Of a stretch of DNA of 62,999 nt, positions 29,140 to 38,393 are shown in pieces (within the stretch, counting starts at the first letter, position 1; each line of letters begins with the position of its first letter). The position numbers were made by a program, and so were the translations under genes. Source of the DNA: an uncultured Bacillota bacterium (lineage in GTDB: Bacteria > Bacillota_I > Bacilli_A > RF39 > UBA660); assembly GCA_946541645.1 (NCBI GenBank), contig CAMNJS010000001.1, forward strand, positions 1 through 62,999. Reading direction: 5' to 3'. A model generated the notes under the pieces. It worked only from the letters and a program-made list of their open reading frames with translations, made no database searches and was not told the DNA's origin.

Positions 29140-29300
29140 TGCCATCTAGAGGAGGAAACTACACAAAGAAATGATCAAACGACTAGAGAGAAACATCATA
29201 ATAAAAGAAGTAACCAAGCAAGGTTTAAAAAGTAAAGAAATATAAATAGCAAGGCAAATGTTAAAAGACAATATATACAATATTAAACAAACTATTTATC
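29140..29300 (+). pseudogene. Second decayed Rpn-family C-terminal fragment
   Basis: One frame reads ...KEMIKRLERNIIIKEVTKQGLKSKEI*IARQMLKDNIYNIKQTIYL*, with in-frame stops. It shows the same IA..MLKdN tail pattern as the 3300-3748 relic. Confidence 0.35.
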
Positions 29301-29301
29301 T

Positions 29302-30432
29302 TTAATTAGTATAACGCATATTTTCATTAGAAATATTAAATATTAATCCCATAGCAAGCATATAACTAAGTAAACTAGATCCCCCATAGGAAATAAATGG
29401 AAGAGTAATTCCTGTAATAGGAAGCAGTCCAAAAGTCATTCCGATATTTTGTACTTGCTGATAAATAAGCATCCCTACAACACCAGCAATAATATATTTA
29501 TCAATTAATTTGTTAGTCTTTAAAGCTACCGTTATAAGCTTGATATCAAAAAAAGTAAGTAAAGCGATTAATAAAGTAGAACCGATAAAACCAAAATGAC
29601 TAGAATAAACAGCAAAAATAAAGTCAGTTTGTGCTTCTGGAAAATATATAGGATTAGTTTTAAAACCGTGGCCATATAAACCGGCAGAACCAATTGAACT
29701 CAAACTATTTTCAAGCTGATATCCACTTTGATTAGACCAGTCTAAAAGACGATCAACTCTTAAGAAAAAACTAGTTCCAAATATTTTAATAAATAAGTCT
29801 TTATTAGCAAAATAAACTATTAAAACACTTCCAACAAACAAAAGTATAAGGCCAAAAACTAGAACAAACCACCTATATCTAACTCCTGATATAAAAAGCA
29901 TAACAAAAGTAATAAGCAGATATATTAAAACTACTCCAGTATCTGGTTGCATAAATGTAAGCGCACTAGGAATAAGTACAACGATAAAAACTTTTATTAA
30001 AAACAAAAATTCCTCACGAACACTAGGATTAGGGTATTCATCATTGAATTTAGATATCATCGAAGCGTTCATAATTATCAAAATTATTTTCATAAATTCA
30101 GACGGTTGTATTGTTCCAATACCTTTTATTTCGTACCAGCATTTAGCATCGTTTATTGAAACTCCAAAGAAAAAAAGCCCAATTAATGATAAAATACCAA
30201 GCACATATAAAAAAGTACTTATCCTATACACATATGTGTTTCCAATTGTCATAACTACATATATTAATATAAAACCTATTACATACCAAATACCTTGATT
30301 AATAACAAGATGTCTCATAGAAGTAGGCAGTATACTTTTTGCTCCATAAAGAGTAATTAAACTAATTATAAAAAACAAAATAATAGGAATTAAAATAGAC
30401 TTATCTAACTTATATTTAGAAATATTTTTCAT
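29302..30432 (-). CDS. SEDS-family peptidoglycan glycosyltransferase (FtsW/RodA/SpoVE)
   Basis: About 10 TM helices with QPSEFMKI and LPFISYGGSS motifs. ATG at 30432 follows GGTGAGGA. Confidence 0.88.
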   Translation of the reverse strand: MKNISKYKLDKSILIPIILFFIISLITLYGAKSILPTSMRHLVINQGIWYVIGFILIYVVMTIGNTYVYRISTFLYVLGILSLIGLFFFGVSINDAKCWYEIKGIGTIQPSEFMKIILIIMNASMISKFNDEYPNPSVREEFLFLIKVFIVVLIPSALTFMQPDTGVVLIYLLITFVMLFISGVRYRWFVLVFGLILLFVGSVLIVYFANKDLFIKIFGTSFFLRVDRLLDWSNQSGYQLENSLSSIGSAGLYGHGFKTNPIYFPEAQTDFIFAVYSSHFGFIGSTLLIALLTFFDIKLITVALKTNKLIDKYIIAGVVGMLIYQQVQNIGMTFGLLPITGITLPFISYGGSSLLSYMLAMGLIFNISNENMRYTN

Positions 30433-30541
30433 ATTCCTCACCATTAAATATAATACACTAAAGAAAATAAATATACAAACATTTAAAAAAAGTTTTAAAA
30501 AAAACTCAAATTATAGTATAATAAAAATAGGTGATGAAGTA

Positions 30542-30850
30542 ATGTGGCAATATATAATAATAATCATAATTTTATTGTTGATAGCTTTTGCTATTTTAAA
30601 AGCTAGAAGCAAAGATTTTAAACTAGAGGCAAACAAACTAATTGAGTATCTAGGTGGCAGCGCCAACATCATTAATTATGAAGTTAACAATTCAAGGTTT
30701 GTTGTTAATCTTCATAACATAACGCTAGTCAATAAAGAAGCAATTCAAAAAATGGGCGCTCAAGGCATCGTCGAAATAGATAATCAACTAAAAATTATTT
30801 TTGGCCCTGACGCAAAACAATTAAAAAAGAATATTGACGATTTAAAATAA
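30542..30850 (+). CDS. Membrane-anchored PTS EIIB-like domain protein lacking the phospho-Cys
   Basis: One TM helix, then LIEYLGGSANIINYEVNNSRFVVNL...GIVEIDNQLKIIFGP. This matches the glucose-family EIIB fold, with CxTRLR replaced by NNSRFV. Confidence 0.6.
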   Translation: MWQYIIIIIILLLIAFAILKARSKDFKLEANKLIEYLGGSANIINYEVNNSRFVVNLHNITLVNKEAIQKMGAQGIVEIDNQLKIIFGPDAKQLKKNIDDLK

Positions 30851-30872
30851 TGTAGTTAAAAACTACATTTTT
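30851..30872 (+). terminator. Rho-independent terminator
   Basis: TGTAGTT-aaa-AACTACA followed by TTTTT. Confidence 0.7.
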
Positions 30873-30907
30873 ATTATGTAAAATTATCCACAGCTTAAAG
30901 AGATTCA

Positions 30908-30936
30908 TTGACTTTGCCTTATAATTAATCTATAAT
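30908..30936 (+). promoter_or_regulatory. Sigma-A type promoter for pyk
   Basis: TTGACT (30908-30913), 17-nt spacer, TATAAT (30931-30936). Confidence 0.7.
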
Positions 30937-30959
30937 TTAATTAGAATAGGAATGGTAAA

Positions 30960-32378
30960 ATGGAAAAAACAAAATTAATTGCCACAATATGTGCAAATCC
31001 AAATGAAGAAAGACAAATTGACGAATTTATTAAACAAGGAATTGACGTAATTAGAATAAACATGAGTTATACAACTAGAGAAGACTGCAAAAGACTTATG
31101 AAATTAATAGATGATACAAATAAACGCTACGACACTCATGTTGCCACTATGATAGATTTAGAAGGACCATGTATAAGAACAGGAGAATTTACAGACGGCA
31201 AAGCAATTTTAAAAACCGGTGACAAAATTAGAATTTATATGAACAAAATTAAGGGCAATATGACCGGATTTTCAGTTAACTATCCAAACCTTATTGATGA
31301 TTTAAAATACAAGACAAGAGTTAAACTAAGTAAAGGAAATGTAGAGCTTGAAGTCTTAGAAAAAGGACTAGACTATGCTGTGTGTGAAGTTTTAAAAGGT
31401 GGAGTAGTTACAAACAACTCAAAAATGTATTTGCCAGAGATAAAAATAAATAAAAAATTTTTAAGTAATAAAGATTATCAAGACATTTTATTTGCCCATG
31501 AAAACAATGTCGATTTTATTGTCGCTTCAGCCATTTCTTCATCAGAAGACGTGCTAGAAATTAATGATTTATTAATTGAACTTAAAAATGAACACATAGC
31601 ATTACTTACAAAAATAGAAAATAAAAGAGCCTATGAAGATCTAGAAAACATTGTAAATGTAGCTGACGGTATTATATTAGATAGAGGTGACATAGGAATC
31701 GAACTTCCTATTGAAATGATACCAAGTGTTCAAAAGAAAATTATAAACAAATGCTACGAAAATGGAAAACTTGCAATTATTACTGCAGAGTTTAATAGCT
31801 TCTTAACAAAAAAAGTTGTACCAAATAGATCTGAAGTATCAGATTTAGCAACATTAGTATCTGAAGCTGTTGACGGTATAATGCTTACCAGTGAAACATC
31901 AGTAGGAAGTCATCCAATTGAAACTGTCAAGACTGTTAAGAAAATAGTTGAAGCATCAGAAGACAGCATTGATTATAGCTACTTTTTCAGAAGATCATTG
32001 AACAAAGAATCGGACGGAATAACTTCAACCGTATGTTCAAGCGTTGTTTTAGGTGCGAATGAATTAGAATGTAAAGCAATTATTGTAGCTACAAACCAAG
32101 GCAAAACAGCCAAAATAATAAGTAGATTAAAGCCACCTTGTCCAGTAATCGCAGCTGCGGAAACTGAAGAAATCGTAAAAAGTATGCAATTATACTTCGG
32201 AGTCCTTCCAATTATTGCTAAAGGCGATAACTTAGAAGAAATAACCGAAATTGCCAAAGCTAAAATTAGAAACATATTAGATATAAAACCAACAGACAAA
32301 ATTATTGTCACCGGCGGTTTTCCATTTAGAAAAGTAAAATATACAAATTTCATGGAGATTATCGAAATAAAAGAATAA
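30960..32378 (+). CDS. pyk: Pyruvate kinase
   Basis: KLIATI, VIRINMSY, DLEGPCIRTG, ILDRGDIGIELP and MLTSETSVG motifs, 472 aa. Confidence 0.93.
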   Translation: MEKTKLIATICANPNEERQIDEFIKQGIDVIRINMSYTTREDCKRLMKLIDDTNKRYDTHVATMIDLEGPCIRTGEFTDGKAILKTGDKIRIYMNKIKGNMTGFSVNYPNLIDDLKYKTRVKLSKGNVELEVLEKGLDYAVCEVLKGGVVTNNSKMYLPEIKINKKFLSNKDYQDILFAHENNVDFIVASAISSSEDVLEINDLLIELKNEHIALLTKIENKRAYEDLENIVNVADGIILDRGDIGIELPIEMIPSVQKKIINKCYENGKLAIITAEFNSFLTKKVVPNRSEVSDLATLVSEAVDGIMLTSETSVGSHPIETVKTVKKIVEASEDSIDYSYFFRRSLNKESDGITSTVCSSVVLGANELECKAIIVATNQGKTAKIISRLKPPCPVIAAAETEEIVKSMQLYFGVLPIIAKGDNLEEITEIAKAKIRNILDIKPTDKIIVTGGFPFRKVKYTNFMEIIEIKE

Positions 32379-32390
32379 GGAGGAATCATC

Positions 32391-34787
32391 ATGTACAACC
32401 TAGGGGACTATTTTAAAATAGATAAAAAAAGAGCCAAAGCTAATGAAAAAAGCATCATCAAAGGAGAAAAATTTAGATTTACTGTTTTAACCGAAAGACT
32501 AATCAGATTAGAATACAATGATAAAGGGACATTCGTCGATGACCCAACTGAACTAGTTTTATATCGAGATTTAGAAACCCCTAAGTTTGATTTAATAGAT
32601 AATGCTAACTTTGTAAGCATAACAACAAAATATTTTAAGCTAACATATATAAAAGGAAAATCATTCATAGGAGGAAAAGCTAGCCCAGCCAACAACCTAA
32701 AAGTTGAATTATTAAACACTCAAAGTTACTGGTATTATGGACACCCAGAGATTAGAAACTTTGGCATACCAAACAGCAATATAACCCAAGGTGGAGTAAA
32801 AGGAAAAGGACTATATTCAGCCGATGGCATGGCCAGCATTGACGATTCAACAACGCCAATTTTAAATGAAGACGGAACTGTAACCTCAAATAATGATGTA
32901 AAGATAGACACGTATTTATTCATGTATAATAATGATTTCGAACTTGCTTTAAAAGACTATTATAAAATAACTGGCTATCCAGCCTTAATACCAAGATATG
33001 CTCTAGGAAACTGGTGGAGTAGTAACGAAGACTATGATGATTTAAAATTAAAAACATTAGTTGACACTTTTGAAAAAGAAAACATACCGCTTTCAATAAT
33101 CGTTTTAGATAAAGACTGGCATAAAAGAAAAAAAAGAGGCAAAGAACTCTTAAAGACAGGTTTCACATTTAATGAACAGTATTTTAAAAACCCCAAAGCC
33201 ATGATAGACTATCTTCACAGCAAAAAAATAAAACTTGGGTTAAGCATAAACCCTTTAGAAGGGATAAATGAAGAAGATTTATATTATAGTGAGGCAATAA
33301 AATATTTAAAACCAGATGGAGAAGGGAAAATCCCATACAATATTATTGATCCTAAATTTGTCGATGTATATTTAAAACTATTTATTCATCCACTAGATAA
33401 TTTAGGGGCTGACTTTTATTGGCTAGATAATACCGACGGCAAATACAATTTAACCATGCAAAAACACTATCAATTTTATGATATGATGAGAGATTTCAAA
33501 AGAAGACCACTTATCCTATCTGAAGGTGACAGTCTAGCGCCACATAGATATCCAGTTTTGTACTCTGGAAAATCAGAAGTAAGCTGGAACACATTAAGAA
33601 AAATTCCATTTTACATAAATAGAAGCTTTAATAATGGCGCACCGTTTTGGGCCCATGATATAAGTGGATATTTTAAAGGAACAGAAGATAACGAACTATA
33701 CATTAGATCCCTCCAGCTAGGCGTCTTTTCACCTATTTTAAAATTTGGTGTAGATAAAGGAAAATACTATAAAAGAGAGCCATGGAAATGGGATATTAAA
33801 ACATATACAATTGCCAAAGATTACTTAAATTTAAGACATAAATTAGTTCCATATATCTATAGTGAAGCCTATAAATATCACAAATTTGGAAACCAATTAA
33901 TAATTCCACTATATTATAAAAAACCGGAGTATTATGACGATGCCTTATTTAGTAATGAATATTCATTTGGTGAAGAATTATTTATTGCGCCAATAATCAC
34001 ACCAAAAGATGTGGTCATGAATAGAGTTGTACATAAATTTTATCTTCCGGATGGTATGTGGTATGATTTTGTTACTGGTAAAAAATTTCCAGGAGGAAAA
34101 GTTTACACCAACTTCTTTAGAGATGAAGACTATCCAGTATTTGTAAAATCCGGGTCAATTATCCCACTCGCACATCCAAAAACAATAAATGATATGACAC
34201 CGCCAGAAGATATGGAAATAAATATTTTTCCAGGGCAAAGCAATTCTTATACCTTATTTGAAGATGATGGAGAAAGCGATTTATACCGCAAAGACTATTA
34301 TCTTCTAACCCAAATTGATTACACATACGTTCCAAGCAATTATAGCGTAGTTATCAGAGCTACTGAAGGTAAAAGCGGGATCATTCCAGAAAAAAGAAAT
34401 TATAAAATAGTATTTAGAAATACCAAACGCACCGAAGAAGTCACCGCCCACAGTAACATGACAAGCGTTTCATTAAAAACGTATGTTGACGGTCCTAACT
34501 TTGTCGTCGAAATAAAAGATGTTCCAACAGTAGGCCAATTAACCGTAACATGTAAAGGAAAAGATATTGAAATAGATGCCGTAAGACTTATAAACGAAGA
34601 TATTGAAAGAATTATAAGTGATTTACAAATACCTACTGAAATGAAAGAAAAAATAGATAAAATATTATTTGGCAATTTAGAAGTAAAGAAGAAAAGAATT
34701 GAAATAAGAAAACTATCTAGATCCGGCCTTGACAAAAAATTTGTTAAAATGTTCTTAAGATTATTAGAATATATTGATGAAATATAA
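32391..34787 (+). CDS. Glycoside hydrolase family 31-like protein with atypical catalytic acid/base position
   Basis: GH31 nucleophile region DFYWLDNTD (D346, 33426-33428). RPLILSEGDSLAPHRYPVLYSGKSEVSWNTL aligns with the RPF..SRS.....RY..HWTGD...SW..L block, and HDISGY is present. Confidence 0.75.
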   Translation: MYNLGDYFKIDKKRAKANEKSIIKGEKFRFTVLTERLIRLEYNDKGTFVDDPTELVLYRDLETPKFDLIDNANFVSITTKYFKLTYIKGKSFIGGKASPANNLKVELLNTQSYWYYGHPEIRNFGIPNSNITQGGVKGKGLYSADGMASIDDSTTPILNEDGTVTSNNDVKIDTYLFMYNNDFELALKDYYKITGYPALIPRYALGNWWSSNEDYDDLKLKTLVDTFEKENIPLSIIVLDKDWHKRKKRGKELLKTGFTFNEQYFKNPKAMIDYLHSKKIKLGLSINPLEGINEEDLYYSEAIKYLKPDGEGKIPYNIIDPKFVDVYLKLFIHPLDNLGADFYWLDNTDGKYNLTMQKHYQFYDMMRDFKRRPLILSEGDSLAPHRYPVLYSGKSEVSWNTLRKIPFYINRSFNNGAPFWAHDISGYFKGTEDNELYIRSLQLGVFSPILKFGVDKGKYYKREPWKWDIKTYTIAKDYLNLRHKLVPYIYSEAYKYHKFGNQLIIPLYYKKPEYYDDALFSNEYSFGEELFIAPIITPKDVVMNRVVHKFYLPDGMWYDFVTGKKFPGGKVYTNFFRDEDYPVFVKSGSIIPLAHPKTINDMTPPEDMEINIFPGQSNSYTLFEDDGESDLYRKDYYLLTQIDYTYVPSNYSVVIRATEGKSGIIPEKRNYKIVFRNTKRTEEVTAHSNMTSVSLKTYVDGPNFVVEIKDVPTVGQLTVTCKGKDIEIDAVRLINEDIERIISDLQIPTEMKEKIDKILFGNLEVKKKRIEIRKLSRSGLDKKFVKMFLRLLEYIDEI

Positions 34788-34828
34788 AATAGTATGATAT
34801 ACTTAAATTAAGAGAGGAGATGCAGTAT

Positions 34829-35377
34829 ATGGTATTAGGAATCATTATTGTTGTACTAGTTGTTATAGCCTCATTTATAGTTTCTAACTATAATGGATTA
34901 GTTCAGGCTAGAAATAAAGTGAGAGATCAGTTTAGTCAAATTGATGTACAATTAAAGAAAAGAGCTGACTTAATCCCTAATCTAGTAGAAACCGTTAAAG
35001 GTTACGCTAAACACGAAGAAGGAACTTTAGAAAAAGTCATCCAAGCTAGAAACACTTATCTATCTGCTGGAAGCGTAGACGATAAAGTAAAAGCCAGTAG
35101 TGAGATGAGCAGTGCAATCAGCAAACTATTTGCTTTAGCTGAAAATTATCCAGATTTAAAAGCCAATACTAATTTCTTAGATTTGCAAGAACAACTTAAA
35201 GAAATAGAAGATAAAATTGGTTATGCTAGACAATTTTATAATGACGCTGTACTTATGTACAATAATAAAACTGAAATGTTCCCTAGCAATATCATAGCTT
35301 CTTTATTTGGATTTAAAGGTGAAACATTCTTTAAAGTCGATGAAGAAGATAGAAAAAACGTTGAAGTTAAATTTTAA
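34829..35377 (+). CDS. lemA: LemA family protein
   Basis: N-terminal TM helix with YNGLVQARNKV, RADLIPNLVETVKGYAKHE and FYNDAV motifs. ATG at 34829 lies 9 nt after AGAGGAG. Confidence 0.88.
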   Translation: MVLGIIIVVLVVIASFIVSNYNGLVQARNKVRDQFSQIDVQLKKRADLIPNLVETVKGYAKHEEGTLEKVIQARNTYLSAGSVDDKVKASSEMSSAISKLFALAENYPDLKANTNFLDLQEQLKEIEDKIGYARQFYNDAVLMYNNKTEMFPSNIIASLFGFKGETFFKVDEEDRKNVEVKF

Positions 35378-35378
35378 T

Positions 35379-35404
35379 GGGATTAAGTTTTAATCCCTTT
35401 TTTA
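35379..35404 (+). terminator. Rho-independent terminator
   Basis: GGGATTAA-gttt-TAATCCC followed by TTTTTT. Confidence 0.75.
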
Positions 35405-35418
35405 TTAGGAGATAAGAT

Positions 35419-37092
35419 ATGAAAAAAATATTATTTACACTACTAACATTTTTTTGCCTTATGAGTGTCACCCATGCTGATAGTATTTACAATATTGACA
35501 TGGATATCTACCTTGATGAAAATGGAACCGCCAATATAACAGAAGTTTGGGATGTAAAAGCCGATGGTGGAACAGAATGGTATAAACAGTTATATAATTT
35601 AGGAAACGAGGAACTATTTGATTTTAAAGTTTCGATGGATGGAAATGATTTGCAATATAAAAACTGGAATATCGATGAATCATTGACTGCCAAAAGAGGA
35701 TACTATGGTATAAATTATGTAAGTGAGGGACTTGAACTATGCTTTGGCAAAGGTGATATGAATAGACACGAATTTACCCTTAATTATAAACTTTCAAATT
35801 TTATTATTAATACAGATGACGCCCAAGGACTATATCAAACATTACTTCCAAATGTAACCCTAGATAATTTTAATGTAACAGTAAGATCTTTTTACGAATT
35901 TCCAAATAGTTTAGAAGTATGGGGATTTGGATATCAAGGGTTAGCATATGTGGAAGACGGAAAAATTAAAATGACTAATGACGGCTACCCAGTTAATAAT
36001 AACTACGTTGTACTACTTGCTAAATTCCCCCCAAATACATTTAGTACCGAAAATCGCAGTGATAATTTTAAAACCTTTAATGACCTTCTTAGTACAGCTA
36101 AAGAAGGTTCATATGAATACGATTATGGAACGAAAGAAACCATACTTGAAAAAATATTTAATTTCATCAGTTTTCTAATTTCAGTTATCTTTCCATTAGG
36201 AATTTTTGGGATAGCTGTAGCAGTCGCCCAAAATAGCGGGTATGGATACAAAGACAACAAAACAATTGATAAGAAAAACACCCCAATGTTTAGAGAAATA
36301 CCATGTAATAAAGACATATATTATGCAAACGCTTTAATTAATTTAAACAGTTTTGACTATAAAGATACAAATATTTTTGGCGCAATTATTTTAAAATGGC
36401 TAAGGCAAGGGAAAATTAGTATCAAAAATCAAAATAGCGGAATATTTGATAAAAATTCAACCATGATTGACTTAAGCTCAAATCCAACATTTGATCTAGA
36501 CATTGAAGAAAAACTTTTTAATATGATGTATGAAGCCAGCAAAGATGGAATGTTACAGCCCAAGGAATTAGAAAGATGGGCAAAAAAGCACTATCAAAAG
36601 TTTTTAAATTTATTTGATAAGATTAAAAATAGTAAGATTGATGAACTTGAATCTAACGGTCATATATATAAACGCACAAGTAAACAAGAATGTAAAAAGA
36701 AACACGTTATGGATGATATGATATATAATGACAGCAAAGAGTTATATGGTCTAAAACTATTTTTAAAAGAGTTTTCCGATATGAATAGCAAAGAAGCGAT
36801 TGAAGTAAAACTTTGGGATGAATACTTAATGTTTGCTTACTTATTTGGAATGGCTGCCAAAGTAGCTAAACAATTTAAAAACTTATATCCAGAAATAGTT
36901 AGAGAAATGGAAATTAACAATTTAGATTACGACACTTTCCTTTATATTAACAATTTCTCAGTAAACACTGTCCACGCAGCTAGCGCAGCAAGAAGTGCAG
37001 CACAATCATATAACTCAGGTGGAGGCGGATTTTCATCTGGCGGCGGCGGAGGAGGCTCCTTCGGCGGTGGCGGATCTATGGGCGGCAGATAA
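35419..37092 (+). CDS. DUF2207 membrane protein with Gly-rich C-terminal tail
   Basis: Signal peptide, extracellular domain, TM segment, and the tail SGGGGFSSGGGGGGSFGGGGSMGGR. Pairing with LemA is typical. Confidence 0.7.
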   Translation: MKKILFTLLTFFCLMSVTHADSIYNIDMDIYLDENGTANITEVWDVKADGGTEWYKQLYNLGNEELFDFKVSMDGNDLQYKNWNIDESLTAKRGYYGINYVSEGLELCFGKGDMNRHEFTLNYKLSNFIINTDDAQGLYQTLLPNVTLDNFNVTVRSFYEFPNSLEVWGFGYQGLAYVEDGKIKMTNDGYPVNNNYVVLLAKFPPNTFSTENRSDNFKTFNDLLSTAKEGSYEYDYGTKETILEKIFNFISFLISVIFPLGIFGIAVAVAQNSGYGYKDNKTIDKKNTPMFREIPCNKDIYYANALINLNSFDYKDTNIFGAIILKWLRQGKISIKNQNSGIFDKNSTMIDLSSNPTFDLDIEEKLFNMMYEASKDGMLQPKELERWAKKHYQKFLNLFDKIKNSKIDELESNGHIYKRTSKQECKKKHVMDDMIYNDSKELYGLKLFLKEFSDMNSKEAIEVKLWDEYLMFAYLFGMAAKVAKQFKNLYPEIVREMEINNLDYDTFLYINNFSVNTVHAASAARSAAQSYNSGGGGFSSGGGGGGSFGGGGSMGGR

Positions 37093-37093
37093 A

Positions 37094-37119
37094 AAAGTAA
37101 CTAGTAAAGTTACTTTTTT
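37094..37119 (+). terminator. Rho-independent terminator
   Basis: AAAGTAAC-tagtaaa-GTTACTTT followed by TTT. Confidence 0.7.
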
Positions 37120-37176
37120 ACTAAAAAACTTTCTAAAACCCAAAAATAATGATATACTATTAAAGGAGGGCGAAAA

Positions 37177-37824
37177 ATGACAAATAAAATAATGCCAAAA
37201 GTATTTTTATGGATGTTTATAGGCTTATTAATTACATTTCTAACAGGATATTATGTTGCCGGACACGAGTATACAGCCATGAAACTTTTAGGGGGATATA
37301 AGTATCTTATATTAGCTATTATTGAATTAGCCCTAGTTATATTTCTATCTGCTAGAATTACAAAAATGAGCGCGACTACAGCTAAAATAAGCTTTCTTCT
37401 ATACTCCATAATAAGTGGGCTTACATTTTGTGGAATATTTCTTGTATATCAAATATCTTCAGTTATATACGTGTTTTTAATAACCGCCGTAATATTTGCT
37501 ATATTCGCATTTATTGGCTATATAACAAAAGTTGATCTAACTAAAATAGGAGTATATTTAGTAATGGCTTTAATCGCCGTTATAATTTGTTCCATTGTAA
37601 ACATGTTTATAAATAGTGAAACATTTGAATTTATTATGTCAATAATTTCGATACTAGTATTCATAGGATTTACTGCCTATGATGTCCAAAAAATACAAAA
37701 AATGGCAAATTACAATCTCATCCCAGAAGAAAATTTAGCTATATATGGTGCTTTAGAATTATATTTAGATTTTATTAATCTATTTATTGATTTATTAAGA
37801 ATATTTGGAAAAAATAATAATTAA
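37177..37824 (+). CDS. Bax inhibitor-1/YccA family membrane protein
   Basis: Seven TM helices with GFTAYDVQKI and the C-terminal pattern typical of BI-1. Confidence 0.8.
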   Translation: MTNKIMPKVFLWMFIGLLITFLTGYYVAGHEYTAMKLLGGYKYLILAIIELALVIFLSARITKMSATTAKISFLLYSIISGLTFCGIFLVYQISSVIYVFLITAVIFAIFAFIGYITKVDLTKIGVYLVMALIAVIICSIVNMFINSETFEFIMSIISILVFIGFTAYDVQKIQKMANYNLIPEENLAIYGALELYLDFINLFIDLLRIFGKNNN

Positions 37825-37825
37825 G

Positions 37826-38035
37826 CAATGATTAGGAGTAGTAATAATTAAAAGCTATTTAGAAAGAAAGTGGCTTGATGAAAACTTTTTAGCTAACATT
37901 ATGAACTTACCTATGAGCTTCTTATATGATAAGTATAAGACGGATAGCCCGTTAAAGCCATAAAGATAATCAAAGTATTATGAATTAGGGTGGTACCACG
38001 TTTAATACGTCCCTAAAACCATAATACTTTTTATA
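37826..38035 (+). promoter_or_regulatory. T-box leader, Leu (CUU) specifier
   Basis: UAGG-AGUA ... GAA CUU A-CCUA specifier loop (CUU at 37906-37908), F-box CCCGTTAA, and T-box AATTAGGGTGGTACCACG (37983-38000) with a UGGU bulge. The leader starts immediately after the upstream stop codon. Confidence 0.85.
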
Positions 38036-38047
38036 ATAGGAGGAATT

Positions 38048-38392
38048 ATGAAGTATATATACACATTTATATTTTTCTTTACATTTATTTATTTAGTATA
38101 TTTTATCGTAATAGTTAATAGAAAAAAAGGACTAGAAAGTTTAAAAAATGGCAAACAATTAGAATTTTTCAAAAAAGCCTACAATTTAGATTTTAGAAAA
38201 ATAAATATTAAAAGATTTGCTAGTTCATTAGGCTTAACCAATGCCTTTATCATGGCACTAACTATTACAATTATCGAAGTTTTTGATAACCTTGTAATAA
38301 AATTATTAATAGGATTCTTAATTATAATTCCACTTATGCTGATAATGTACAAAATATTAGGAAACACATATAAAAAGAAAGAAGGTAACTGA
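38048..38392 (+). CDS. Small membrane protein, unknown function, between the Leu T-box and leuS
   Basis: 114 aa with 3 predicted TM helices. Strong RBS TAGGAGGA. The stop is 1 nt before the leuS ATG. Confidence 0.5.
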   Translation: MKYIYTFIFFFTFIYLVYFIVIVNRKKGLESLKNGKQLEFFKKAYNLDFRKINIKRFASSLGLTNAFIMALTITIIEVFDNLVIKLLIGFLIIIPLMLIMYKILGNTYKKKEGN

Positions 38393-38393
38393 C

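Noticed and set aside
31979-32398. 139-aa minus-strand ORF across the pyk 3-prime end
   Set aside because: It is antisense to pyruvate kinase and has no RBS. The same reasoning applies to 49987-50385 (antisense to gap), 59525-59935 (antisense to parE), 21740-22099 (antisense to hemW), 6829-7212 (antisense to the PBP gene) and the other short antisense ORFs in the track.
36995-37180. 61-aa plus-strand ORF overlapping the DUF2207 Gly-rich tail
   Set aside because: It is an alternative-frame artefact of the GGC/GGA repeat region and runs through a terminator.
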